DNA of 64,000 nucleotides, taken from contig CM059432.1 of the NCBI GenBank assembly GCA_030390025.1, positions 42,534,001 through 42,598,000 on the forward strand, given 5' to 3'. The DNA is from Squalus acanthias (lineage: Eukaryota). The translations under genes were made by a program, and so were the position numbers. The notes beneath the pieces are model-generated. The model did no database searches, was not told where the DNA came from, and saw only the letters and a program-made list of their open reading frames with translations. How positions within the stretch are numbered: the first letter of the stretch is position 1; each line of letters starts with the position of its first letter. This document shows positions 37,374 to 49,451 of the stretch, one piece after another.

Positions 37374-39743
37374 GAGAAGTCGCACAACACCAGGTTATAG
37401 TCCAACAGCTTTATTTGAAATCACAAGCTTTCGGAGCGCTGCTCCTTTGTCAGGTGAAGTGAAAAGATGCATATAGGCACAGCATATATAGTCAGAGAAC
37501 ACTGCCAGATGATTACAGTTAATCTTTCCAACTGCCCTTTATCACACCTCGGCAGAGAGATAATCACGGCAATCAAAGGTGTGGATGGTGTCCAAACAGG
37601 TCAGTCAGGAAAACATTACATCAAAGACAATGTGGCAGATGCTGGGGTCTGTATGGAAAACAAAAAACTTTTTTTGCTGGAAATCACAGCAGGTCCGGCC
37701 GCATCTGTGTAGAGAGAACAAGCCAACAACGACTCGAGTCTGGATGACTCTACGTCAGGTGGGATTACATGTAGCGTGACATGAACCCAAGATCCCGGTT
37801 GAGGCTGTCCTCATGGGTGCGGAACTTGGCTATCAGTTTCTGCTCGACGATTTTGCGTTGTCGTGTGTCTTGAGAACGCTTACCCGAAGATCGGAGGCTG
37901 AATGTCCTTGACTGCTGAAGTGTTCCCCGACTGGGAGGGAACACTCCTGCCTAGTGATTGTTGCGCAGTGTCCGTTCATACGTTGTCGCAGTGTCTGCAT
38001 GGTCTCGCCGATGTACCATGCTCTGGGGCATCCTTTCCTGCAACGTATGAGGTAGACAACGTTGGCCAAGTCACATGAGTATGTACCATGTACCTGGTGG
38101 GTGGTGTCCTCACGTGTGATGATGGTATCTGTGTTGATGATCTGGCATGTCTTGCAGAGGTTGCCGTGGCAGGGTTGTGTGGTGTCGTGGTCGCTGTTCT
38201 CCTGAAAGCTGGGTAACGCTATACACCAGATACATCGACGACATTTTCTTCCTATGGACCCACAGCGAAGGATCACTGAAAAGACTACACGATAACATCA
38301 ACAAGTTCCATCCCACCATCAAACTCACCATGGACTACTCCTCAGAATCGGTTTCATTCTTGGATACACGAATCTCCATCAAAGACGGACACCTCAGCAC
38401 TTCACTCTACCGCAAGCCCACGGACAACCTCATGATGCTCCACTTCTCCAGCTTCCACCCTAACCACGTTAAAGAAGCCATCCCCTATGGACAAGCCCTG
38501 CGAATACACAGGATCTGCTCAGACGAGGAGGAACGCGATGGACACCTATAGACGCTGAAAGACGCCCTCATAAGAACGGGATATGACGCTCGACTCGTCG
38601 ATCGACAGTTCCGACGGGCCACAGCGAAAAATCGCATAGACCTCCTCAGAAGACAAACACGGGACACAATCAACAGAGTACCCTACGTCGTCCAGTACTT
38701 CCCCGGAGCGGAGAAACTACGGCATGTTCTTCGCAGCCTTCAACATGTCATCGATGATAACGAACACCTCGCTAAGGCCATCCCCACGCCTCCACTACTC
38801 GCCTTCAAACAGCCACCTAACCTCAAACAGACCATCGTTCGCAGCAAATTACCCAGCTTTCAGGAGAACAGCGACCACGACACCACACAACCCTGCCACG
38901 GCAACCTCTGCAAGACATGCCAGATCATCAACACAGATACCATCATCACACGTGAGGACACCACCCACCAGGTACATGGTACATACTCATGTGACTCGGC
39001 CAACGTTGTCTACCTCATACGTTGCTGGAAAGGATGCCCCGGAGCATGGTACATCGGCGAGACCATGCAGACACTGCGACAACGTATGAACGGACACCGC
39101 GCAACAATCACCAGGCAGGAGTGTTCCCTCCCAGTCGGGGAACACTTCAGCAGTCAAGGACATTCAGCCTCCGATCTTCGGGTAAGCGTTCTCCAAGGCG
39201 GCCTTCGAGACACACGACAACGCAAAATCGTTGAGCAGAAACTGATAGCCAAGTTCCGCACCCATGAGGACAGCCTCAACCGGGATCTTGGGTTCATGTC
39301 ACGCTACATGTAAGCCCACCTGACGTAGAGTCATCCAGACTCGAGTCGTCGTTGGCTTGTTCTCTCTATACAGATGCGGCCGGACCTGCTGTGATTTTCA
39401 GCAAAAACAGTTTTTTGTTTTCCATACAGACCCCAGCATCTGCCACATTGTCTTTGATGTAATGTTTTCCTGACTGACCTGTTTGGACACCATCCACACC
39501 TTTGATTGCCGTGATTATCTCTCTGCCGAGGTGTGATAAAGGGCAGTTGGAAAGATTAACTGTAATCATCTGGCAGTGTTCTCTGACTATATATGCTGTG
39601 CCTATATGCATCTCTTCACTTCACCTGACGAAGGAGCAGCGCTCTGAAAGCTTGTGATTTCAAATAAAGCTGTTGGACTATAACCTGGTGTTGTGCGACT
39701 TCTCACATTTGTCCACCCCAGTCCAACACCGGCATCTCCACAT
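37374..39743 (+). mobile_element. Penelope-like retroelement: RT C-terminus plus GIY-YIG endonuclease (38217-39313) with an ~840-bp inverted pLTR
   Basis: RYIDD, FLD, YRKPT, VVYLIRC and WYIGET..LRQRMNGH motifs. 37374-38216 is the inverse of 38849-39706. 14-bp TSD TATCGTACCCATGT at 37360-37373 and 39744-39757. Confidence 0.95.
39621..39657 (+). ncRNA. Minimal hammerhead motif in the pLTR (mirror copy at 37421-37457, - strand, core mutated)
   Basis: TCAC-CTGACGA-A-GGAGC-AGC-GCTCT-GAAA-GCTT-GTGA. Confidence 0.7.
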
Positions 39744-40056
39744 TATCGTACCCATGTAATTGTTATCAATTATAAAATAAAAACAGAAAATGCTGGAAAT
39801 ACTCAGCAGGTCAGGCAGCATCTGTGTCGAGAGAAACAGAGTTAACATTTCAGGTTGATGACCTTTTGTCAGAACTTGTTATCAACTGTTTTGGGAAAAC
39901 AAATAAATAGAGTTTTTCTTATCCCTGAAGGCAGGTAAATAAATACATTTTGTCATGTAAACTAGGGGGAGGGTAGCTAGTTACCTTTACTGTTCATCTC
40001 TTTGGGATTTTATAGGAAACACCAAGAAATTCTTTCCTTCTTTATCAACTATCTCT

Positions 40057-40657
40057 GGGGGGAATTTTAACCTAAAAAAACAGGTGGGTTGGGGGCGTGG
40101 GGGAAGTTAAAGTATTAAAAATCTGAATCCCAACCCCAACCCACCTCCAACCCCCCCACTTCCGGGTTTAACGGAGGTGGGACGGGGGGTATGCAGCCAA
40201 CCCGCTGCCAGGAGGTGGGTTGGCACTTTCAATATGATAATGAGGCCCGGAAGCCTGGGATTTAACCTGCTATGCAGGTTTAACTGTGGCCGGCTGGGGA
40301 TCCCGGGCCTCAGGATTCCATATAGCTGCAGCGAGGCAAGGACAGCTTCGGGGAGCAATCCTTGTGGGCAGGAGGAGCAGGAGTTCTTCCTCCAGGCCCC
40401 CCCTAAGCTCACCCACCATCAGCCCGCCCCATACAAACACCAACCTCCACCCCCCCCAGGGTCAGTGATCGGACGTCCCTGGGATCAGTGATCGGACCCC
40501 CCCTACCCCCCGGGATCAGAACGCCCCCCTCCGGGCTTGGGGCTCACACCTACCTGTGGTTGCGGCCTCCTGTCCAGTGTTTCCAGGACCTCCGAGTATC
40601 CTGTGGTCTCCCGGGTCCCCCCGCTCCAGGCAGGTCAGAAACTTAAAAATTCCAGCC
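40057..40657. mobile_element. MITE (Harbinger-like)
   Basis: Imperfect TIRs GGGGGGAATTTTAA / TTAAAAATTCCAGCC and a 3-bp TSD TCT. Confidence 0.7.
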
Positions 40658-43600
40658 TCTGTAACAGTACCAATTGTTACTAAAATATTCAAGTTAAATT
40701 TGAATCCGAAATTTTATTTAGAACTTCCCTACCAACTTGAATAATGTTACAATCCTTCATAAACGTGCTACTTCTTTATTTGAACAATGATTTGTTTTTG
40801 AGTTCTTAATGCAAACATAAATAAAAGGCAGCCACTATAACTATCTAAAATACATGACATATAAAGACATGCTTCTTCACCACATGCCATTTTCTCTCCT
40901 TCTGTATCTGTGTTTGGCTCTCTTACTGCATTTGCCAACTGTATGTATGGGAGATTAGCGAGTATAAAGATTGCTCCCATTTTTGCTTTCAAAGTTTCCT
41001 CATAAAAAATGGATTCATACTCTACCAAGCATTGATATTTTATTCAAAAACAAATTTAAGTGACCTTAACTGCTTCTAATGGCTTATTGTCCATCAATAC
41101 AAATGGAGCAGGGGCCAGGCTTAGCAATCGCAAGTCCGAGTATGCTCTTTGTAAGGTCAATGTTGCTGGGATTTTGACTTTGTGTGATTGTGTAAATGGG
41201 CAATATTGGTTTAGCCGCCCATTAGACATCACTCCTGATTTTCATTTTCTTAGACAGGCAGTTGAATTGATGTCGCCCATTTTAAACTATCACACAAAGT
41301 CAAAATTATCCCCCAAACGTATAGAGATTTGAGGATTTTGTCATGGAATGTTACACGATGCCAAATCACTTTCACCAGCTATGATAGCAGTTATAGCAAC
41401 AAAACACAGAAGGGACAATTTTAATGTCCCAAAAACTCCATCTGCTCCAGTTTTCGGATGCAGAGCATATCGGACAGCAAAATTTGGAGCCAGTTTAGCC
41501 TAATTTTGGCCTTGCTTAACTTTCCGTTTGGACCTGGGGTAGGCGTTACAATATTCAAAAGGCAGAAAGCTCTTCACCATTTTGTGGACAGCTGACTACT
41601 GGATGCTAAGTCCTCAGCATACCTTGCAAAACGTAGAGGGAAGGATGCCTTAGCGTGGACTTCTCAGGTGGAGAGCCATTAAAAAGGTGATTTAGATGAT
41701 CAATTTTGGACCATTTAGGGGCCTTTCTTGTTAGTATTTTCTTTATTTCCTCCATAACTCTTTGTGCCAGTTGGTAATGAATTACCTTTTTGACCCAGCT
41801 CTCTTTTTGGACAATTGTGGGTATGGCTCCATGTCCTTCGGAACATGCTGCAATGTTGTTCTATGGGGATGATGCCATGGAGTGGCACAGTGGGCAACCC
41901 TCCTTGAAAGCACTTCATTCAACATCACTTTGACTTCAGCAGCCATCAAATGGGGTTGGGTGCTGGGCTGCCAAACCTGTCTGCAGACTAGGGTTCCCTT
42001 CCCCTTCATTTTTACCTGCCACTACTTAATACCTGGCTCCTTCTGTCGAGATATCTTTTAAAGCTCTCCAAAAGCTTTCAGAATTTTTCTCCTGCTATTG
42101 TGGCACTTTACTTCAATTGTCCCATCCCTTCAAATTCCGTTACCCACAATTTTCCTTTCTCATCACAAGTGTCTTCCCTAGCCAGCTGCGTCGTAAAGTG
42201 GCCAAGCGTTTAAGGTGTTGGGCTCCTTAGCCATTGGGCAGTACAGGCAGAGGCTCAAGCCCTGGCCTTGCCACTGCGGCAGTATTGGTTGTTAAACTTG
42301 CAGCATTGTATCCAGTTGGACAGCCAATTTGATATGCTCTGGGTTCTCATCATAACATATAAATCTTTTGCCTTTTACTAAAGATTTCTAGGAAAAGATT
42401 CCCGAGGCCTTTCTGGCGCACCTGGAGTTACGAATAATTATCCAAACTAGCTTAGACCAAAGAATTGAGCATGATTTGCACTTCAAAACCATTTGGAACC
42501 AACTTAGACATGAACATGAAAATCAGCCAGAAAAGGTTGTGCGATATAGCTCAAAGTAATATTTTGCTAAAATTCTAAATACTCAGCTCAGCTGTCTAAT
42601 TCAGGTGGATTTATTTCATTCTTTTTTTTGCAGTGGACCTCTATGCTCATGACATTGAAGCTTGTCAATACTGGAAAACAGAACATATTTTTTCAAGTTA
42701 TTGGCATCCTGAACTTTCAGGTCAGATATTGTATGGACCAGCTGCAGGGCAAGGCTTCCTCCACTGTATCCCCAAAATGCATCTTAGCCACCAAAACCTC
42801 CAAGGAGTGTTGTCAACCAGAGTAAGATTTTCCATTTTCTACACCAGTCTTACTTATGATCTCTCTGATATAGACTGGTAATTTAGTGTCAAATTACAAC
42901 TAAGTGTATACTGTGGACGTATGTGTCCTCTAAGAACGGCATTGAAACTGCCCAAACTCATTTGATTTGAGATCTTTCCATCCACCACAGAGAGGGAAGA
43001 CTTTCATCTTGTTTATCGGGACTGATGGACTGGATTTGAGCACAGATTCTAGAGGTGAGGGGATAGAGCACAAAATAGATCCTATGACCTTTGTTTCTAA
43101 CTGAAACGTATGATTAAAATGCGATCCTTTCCCTATTTGGAACAAGAGCAGTGGAAGAAGCATTCCATGCTTTGTTGATAATACACCATACTGTGAGGTT
43201 TCATCAATATCAAAATTACAGCTGTCTACAAAAGGTACTAGCAACCTAAAAATATATATTCATAAGTATCACAAAAATTAAAATGATAAAAATAAAAATA
43301 GCTGTGTTCTGTATAATAGCTCATTAAAAAGATGGTCTAGAAATTCTGCTACAGATTGTACAGGAATTACATTGTCAACATTGTACATGTGATCAATTGC
43401 TCTGCACGTTGCAATATTTTACTAAACACTTCGTAGGTAAGCGCTAAATAAGTTAATTTAAAATTGGTTCTGGGACAAGAGCCCTGGTGCACATTCCAGT
43501 GGGACTGACTGGAATTTTCATTTCTATATCTGGAAATACTGTATGATCAATCTCTTCCTTGTGAGAGGAGTCATCCTGGCTGTGTGCATAAATACAGCTT

Positions 43601-45858
43601 ACATAGATGTAACTAGAGCTCATTTTTTTTGTGGTATAAAGCAAGCTTGCCAACATAAACGTAGCACAGATGTGTTTAGTGAACATGAGCTTTTCCTTGA
43701 AAATGCCTGCACCTGTGTAAACAAAAAATGGATTTCCAAGCAGTACAACTGCAGCTGCAATGGCAGGCTCACAGAGCACGGAGGAGAGACATTCTTTAAG
43801 CCAAGCTATTAGGAGTCAGTGTGCTTCTCTCTTAAACTCTAGAAGACGATGAAAATAAATCACAAAACATAGTCTGAGGCATTCACTGGGCTAGCTGATA
43901 TGAGTGCACGTGGTTTTAAAATTAAACAGCCTCTACTAAAGCAGTACATTTGTGAACATTTTATTGACACATTTTCATCTGCATGTCTCGTCACAGGTGT
44001 CAGTGCCATTTAGCTACAGTGCCCTGGAGGCTTCATTGCACAGAATCTTATTAGACTTCAATTAAAGAACACATATCTGCCAGAGAGATAGGAGAGCATT
44101 TATTTCTTGATGACTATTAAGTTATGCCACAGGCCTCTCATCAACAGATTTTTTTTCTCTGTTGGTTGTTAAGATTCTCCGAACATTTTATGGAATATCA
44201 AGAAATTAAAAAATATAATTTTGTTATTTGTTTCTATGGTCATTTTTATCTCCTTCGAAGAATACTTTGAAGACAACAAATCTGAACACGTGTGTTCTGT
44301 ACCCATAAAAATATATTAAAGCTGCTGTATTATCGATCAATATGCCAACTGTATCCTCGACTGTAATTATAACAGCTTGACGGTACGAGGAAAGTCCCTG
44401 AAGATTATCCTACACATGCAAACAATAATAATGAACTATCTGCGGTTCTTTGGTGTAAAGCTTGCTCTCTATTTTAATAAAAAATTCATGTATCTGTTTC
44501 TACTATCGTTTTCTCCCTATGGTTTTCAAATCACTTGACTTTCACTCGTCTTGTCATCGTTCTACCTGAGAGAGAAATGCTCCCGTGCAATAAAATGGTG
44601 TAACAGAGCTATGCCTTTGGAAGGGAATGTCAGAATCTCAGTGTCTGGGATCCCACAGGAATCGGTGGTACTGAAGACTGCATGCCACAGAGATACAGGG
44701 TTCATTCTATTGCTACATACTACACTGGTTATTATTTTACAAGCAAAATAGATATCTACGTAATAATGGGCAACCTCCTCTACTATATCAAGAATAAGGA
44801 TACAACATTAGATTTCATACTTTAATCAACCTACAATTACATTTCCTGGTACAAGCATTGTCCATCATTACTATTTGATTACATTTTCTGCTACTCTTTG
44901 ATCTTCTACTTTTGTTTTTTTCTGCACCTTTGCAGCTTTGAGAAAGCCCCAGGCTCAAACAGTAGCAGAGAACTCACTGTTAATGCTGGTACAATGAGAA
45001 GGTGATGGGCTGAAACCCATCACTTGCTGAAGCATCTCATGAGGGTACTGCCAATCCCCTCAACTGAGTTGGAGCAGAAAGTGCTCAGGAGATCAGAAGG
45101 CTCTGCATTTAAATATGCACATATATTATCATGTCAAAAGCAGAATAGGCAGGTGAGTGAAGGATGCAACCTAGAGGATCCCTCACTCTTTTAACAGATC
45201 CTCACTTTGGCAAGAAAGCACAAATATGGCTGTTCAATCATAATTTTTAACATTGATATGCATTTATAATTTGGACCACTTAATTTGGAATCAGTTTTGC
45301 AATATGATCCATGCCAAATTCATAACTAACTGAAGATCTTTCCTGAATTTGTGGACAGTCTTTACAAGTCAACAATGGGAAAATCACAAATGTAGTTAGG
45401 GAGTATCATTGGGCTGATTAAAAGCTTTAATCTGCTGTTGCATTATTATTTTTAATTCTTTAATATAATAGAGGAGGTTGTCTGTTATTGTTCAGTTATC
45501 TATTTTGCTTGTAAAATAATAGCCAGTATATTAGATAACAATAAAAAGATTCCTGTATTTCTGTGGCATGGAGTCTTCAGTAGCAGTGATTCCTGAGGGA
45601 TCATCGACATTCCCTGCCAAACACATAGCTCTGCTACACCATTTTACTACAAGTGAGCGTTTGTCTTTCAGGTAATACGATGTCAAGACAAGCGAAAGTC
45701 AAATGATTTGAAAACAATAGGGAGTAAAGGTTAGTGGTTAGCCATTTAACAACTTAGCAAAAGGAAAGACATTTCACAACTTCCTTCAGCTGGGTGTACT
45801 GTGTGACTGCGGGTGTGGGCCTGTCTATGATAGAGAGTCATACTACCTGAAAGACAAA

Positions 45859-47230
45859 GGGGGAAATTTTTCGGGGGTCAGTTCGGTGGTGGGAATGTTT
45901 TTTTTGGCAACGGCTCAGGACCCCACTGTCAACCCACCGCCATGTGACTTTCCCAGATGTCGGGTCTGTCAGGGCTGAACAGATCCGCCATGCAGCGGGG
46001 GAGGCAATTCAGGTCATTATGACCTTGTTAACAACCCATTAAAAAGTATTCTGAGCTCACCTTACCATTTTACGAGGTTGCTCATGGGGTCCATGCTGCT
46101 CGGGGATCACGTCAGGTGAGGAGGTCGGGAGGTGTATGACCATGGAATCATCTCATTACTTGACAGTTGCAAATGTGCTATAAAAGCTCCCATCTCACAG
46201 CTGTTCACTTTCCAAGCTCAGAAGCTGTTGCTTACTGCATTTGGAAGACAGACTGAACTTATGCAGGTTGCAAGTATTTGGAGCAAACTCTCTATCCAGT
46301 GTCACCTCATTGGAACAACCTCTCTCACCATTGACAGATCGCTTCTGTCATCTCAAGTTAACCTGTCATCTATTACATCAGCATCGGTGCCCTTGAAACT
46401 ATCTCACCTTGGTCCTCAGAATCCCACCACGATCAGCCCCAACACCAGCAGCACCAGGCACGCCAGCAGCACCAACAACAACACCAAACTTCTCCACAGT
46501 CAACTGATCAACAAGTGGCTACTCTTGTGTATTGTTAGTTGGTATGATTGGACTAGGATGATGGTGAGTGTGATGGATGGCTAGTGAGATGGGGAAGTGA
46601 TAAAGTAGATAGAGAGGGATGGGTGGAGGTGCAAGATAAGTTGGTGTGAGTAAAGATGTGCAGGAGTAGGGTAGGGAAGGCAGAGTGATGGGGACGTGAT
46701 GAGTGGCACAGCAGGATGAGGTTGAGTGTGGCTTTGCAGTAACGTTTCGTGATCTACTGAGATCATTGAAAGGTTTGCGCCACTGCAGCCTGGTCCTCCT
46801 GATCTCTGCTTATGTCCTCCTGTGCAATGTGCAACCAGGCTGCGTTGATCTCCTGGGGAGGTCTCTTCCACCCTTTGGAAGGGAAGAGAACCTCCCTGCG
46901 TGCTGTGACTCTCTCCATAAGCATAAGGAGAGCCTGGGTGCAGCCGTGCACCTCTGTGCAGTGCTTGCCAGTGTTGCAAAGCCTCAATGCTGTAGAACAC
47001 TGATAGCACAACTGTCAAAATAAATGTGCGCATAGTCCCTTTAAAGAAACCGGCTGATGATGCATCATCAAATGACGTCATCAGACCCACTTCCATCAAT
47101 TGGCCGTAAAACACGCTGGGTGGGCTTAACAAGCCCAATCAATGTAAAATAATTCTACACAGCAGCGGGGTCAGGACCCGCAACCAACATCGCCCGCAAC
47201 GGACCCGCCGAGGTAGGGGAAATCGCGGCC
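45859..47230. mobile_element. Non-autonomous Harbinger derivative with a Myb exon remnant (-)
   Basis: Homologous to 47297-48881; contains RREVLFP…AWLHIA. Confidence 0.75.
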
Positions 47231-47296
47231 TAAGGCTCACTTGTACTAAAATGGTGTAACAGAGCTATGTCTCTATAAGGGAATTTCAGAATCTCA

Positions 47297-48881
47297 GGCC
47301 GAGATTTTCCGGGGTGTCAGCGGGCGGATCGTTGATGGGTCAAGTAGGAAACTGGTTTTTTTTGACGGCAGGTCGGGAACCCGCTGTCAACCCGCCGCAA
47401 CACACCTTTCCCAATGTTGGGTCTGTCAGCACTGAGCAGACCCGACAGGCAGTGGCGGGCGAGCCAATTAAACTCATTAGTATCTAGTTGACAGATAATT
47501 AACAGGCTTTTTTAACTTTCCTTTTGACTTTAACTTCATGGCCACGGGAACCACACTGTTCGGGGACCATGGCTGTCAACCTGAGGTGGGAGTTCAGTGG
47601 CCATTGCTCCAGCTGATTACTTGACAGCTTCAAATGTACAGTAAAAGCTCCCACCTGACAGATTATCACTTTCCTTAGCCACAAGCTTTTTCTCAGCCCA
47701 TTTCCAGCACAGATTCAGCAGGCTTTCCACTCTCCATCCACTCTTACCTCATTGGAAGAACTCTCTCACCATTGACAAAATGCTTCTGTCATCTCTAATT
47801 TACCTGCCATCTATTCCATCAGCATGGGTTCCCTTTATACTGCCTCACCTTCGTCCTCAGAATCCGACCACGATCAGCCCCAACAGCAGCAGCACCAGGC
47901 ACACCAGCAGCACTAACAACACCAACCCTCTCCATAATCACCTAATGCTGCACAGGACAGAGGGCATCAGCTCCCCACAACATTGCTGCCCGGGACGCCA
48001 GGGATGGCCTCACCATGGCCAGATTTACTTCACTTGACGCTGTACACCCTGGCTGCCACATGATGCGCCACGTTGGCACCACCCCACACCAACACCATAA
48101 AACATCCCTACAATGTCCAAGCCACTCCTTTCACACTCACCATCATTGTGGGGGTTACCGTTATGTCTCACTATTCACTGCAACTCACTAAGCCGCTTCC
48201 AAAGGTGCACACAAATCTGTCCAAGAATGGAAAGTGTTGAAAATAAAGGTTTCAATGTTTTTCAGCATATTAACATGAACATTCGATAAAACACACAAGT
48301 GGCTACCTTTGTGTGTTGTTAGTTGGTATGAGAGGCACAGCAGGATGAAGATGAGTGTGGCTTTGTACTAATGTTTTGTGATCTAATGAGATCATTGAAA
48401 GGTTTGCGTCACTGCACCCAGGTCCTCCTGCCGACATCCCTGCTTGTGTCTCCTCTGCAATCTGCAACCAGGCTGTCTTGGTCTCCTGGGGAGGTCTGTT
48501 CTGCCCATCGGAAGGGAAGAGGACCTCCCTGCTTGCTCTGACTCCCTCCATATTCTTACAGTCAGAGTATGGGAGAACCTGGGTGCAGCCCTGCACCTCT
48601 GTGGAGTGATTGTCAGTGTTTGCAGCACTTCACTGCTGTAGAACACTTACAGCACAAATGTCAAAAGAAAATTGGCAATGGTCCCTTTAAGGAAACCGGT
48701 TGATGATGCGTCATGAATGACGTTACCAGACGCGGCTCCCCTAATTGGACCGGGAAACGCGCTTAACAAGCCCTATCAATGGAAATTCATTTTCCAGAGC
48801 GGGATGGAGCTAGCAGCGGGGTCGGGACCTGCCACCAACCTTGGCCGCACCGGACCCGCCGAGGCAAGGAAAATCTCGGCC
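47297..48881. mobile_element. Non-autonomous Harbinger derivative
   Basis: Perfect 14-bp TIRs GGCCGAGATTTTCC, 3-bp TSD TCA, and a Myb remnant REVLFP…AWLQIAE. Confidence 0.88.
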
Positions 48882-49019
48882 TCAGTCTTCAGTTCAATTC
48901 CAGTTCATCATACAGGAAATGTACATGCTGTAAATTCAGATGAATCAGTTCAAAGCACTTGTGCAGCATAGGGGAAGCGCACCTGATTAGAATGAGAAGC
49001 AGAAATAGGATTTGAACCA

Positions 49020-49425
49020 CAACAACTTGCATTTATATATCACCTTTAACGTAGCAAAATGTCCCAAAGCTCTTCACAGGCGTGTAATCAGACAAAAATT
49101 GACACAGAGCCAAAGGAACAGACATGAGGACAGTAAACCAAACACTTAGTCAAAGAGGTGGGTTTTAAGCAGCATCTTAAAGGAGGAAAGAGAGATGGAG
49201 AGGTGAAAAGGTTTGGGGAGGGAATTCCAGAGATTAGAGCCTAGATAGCTGAAGGCACGGCTGCCAATGGTGGGGTGAAGGAAGTGGATATGTGCAAGAG
49301 ACCAGAGTTCTCGGAGGTTTGTAAGGCTGGAGGACTTTACAGAGATAGGTAGGGGTGAGGCTATGGAGGGATTTGAACACAAGGATGAGAATTTTAAGTC
49401 TGAGGTGTTGCTGGACACCTGGAGT
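49020..49425 (-). mobile_element. L2 3' fragment
   Basis: GSRAFSY..LWNSLP…FKMLLKTHLFD and a (GTT)n tail. Confidence 0.85.
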
Positions 49426-49451
49426 GGAAAGTAATACATTTCCATCTTCCT

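Noticed and set aside
42190..42275. tRNA-like A/B boxes
   Set aside because: No convincing cloverleaf; at most a decayed tRNA or SINE head.
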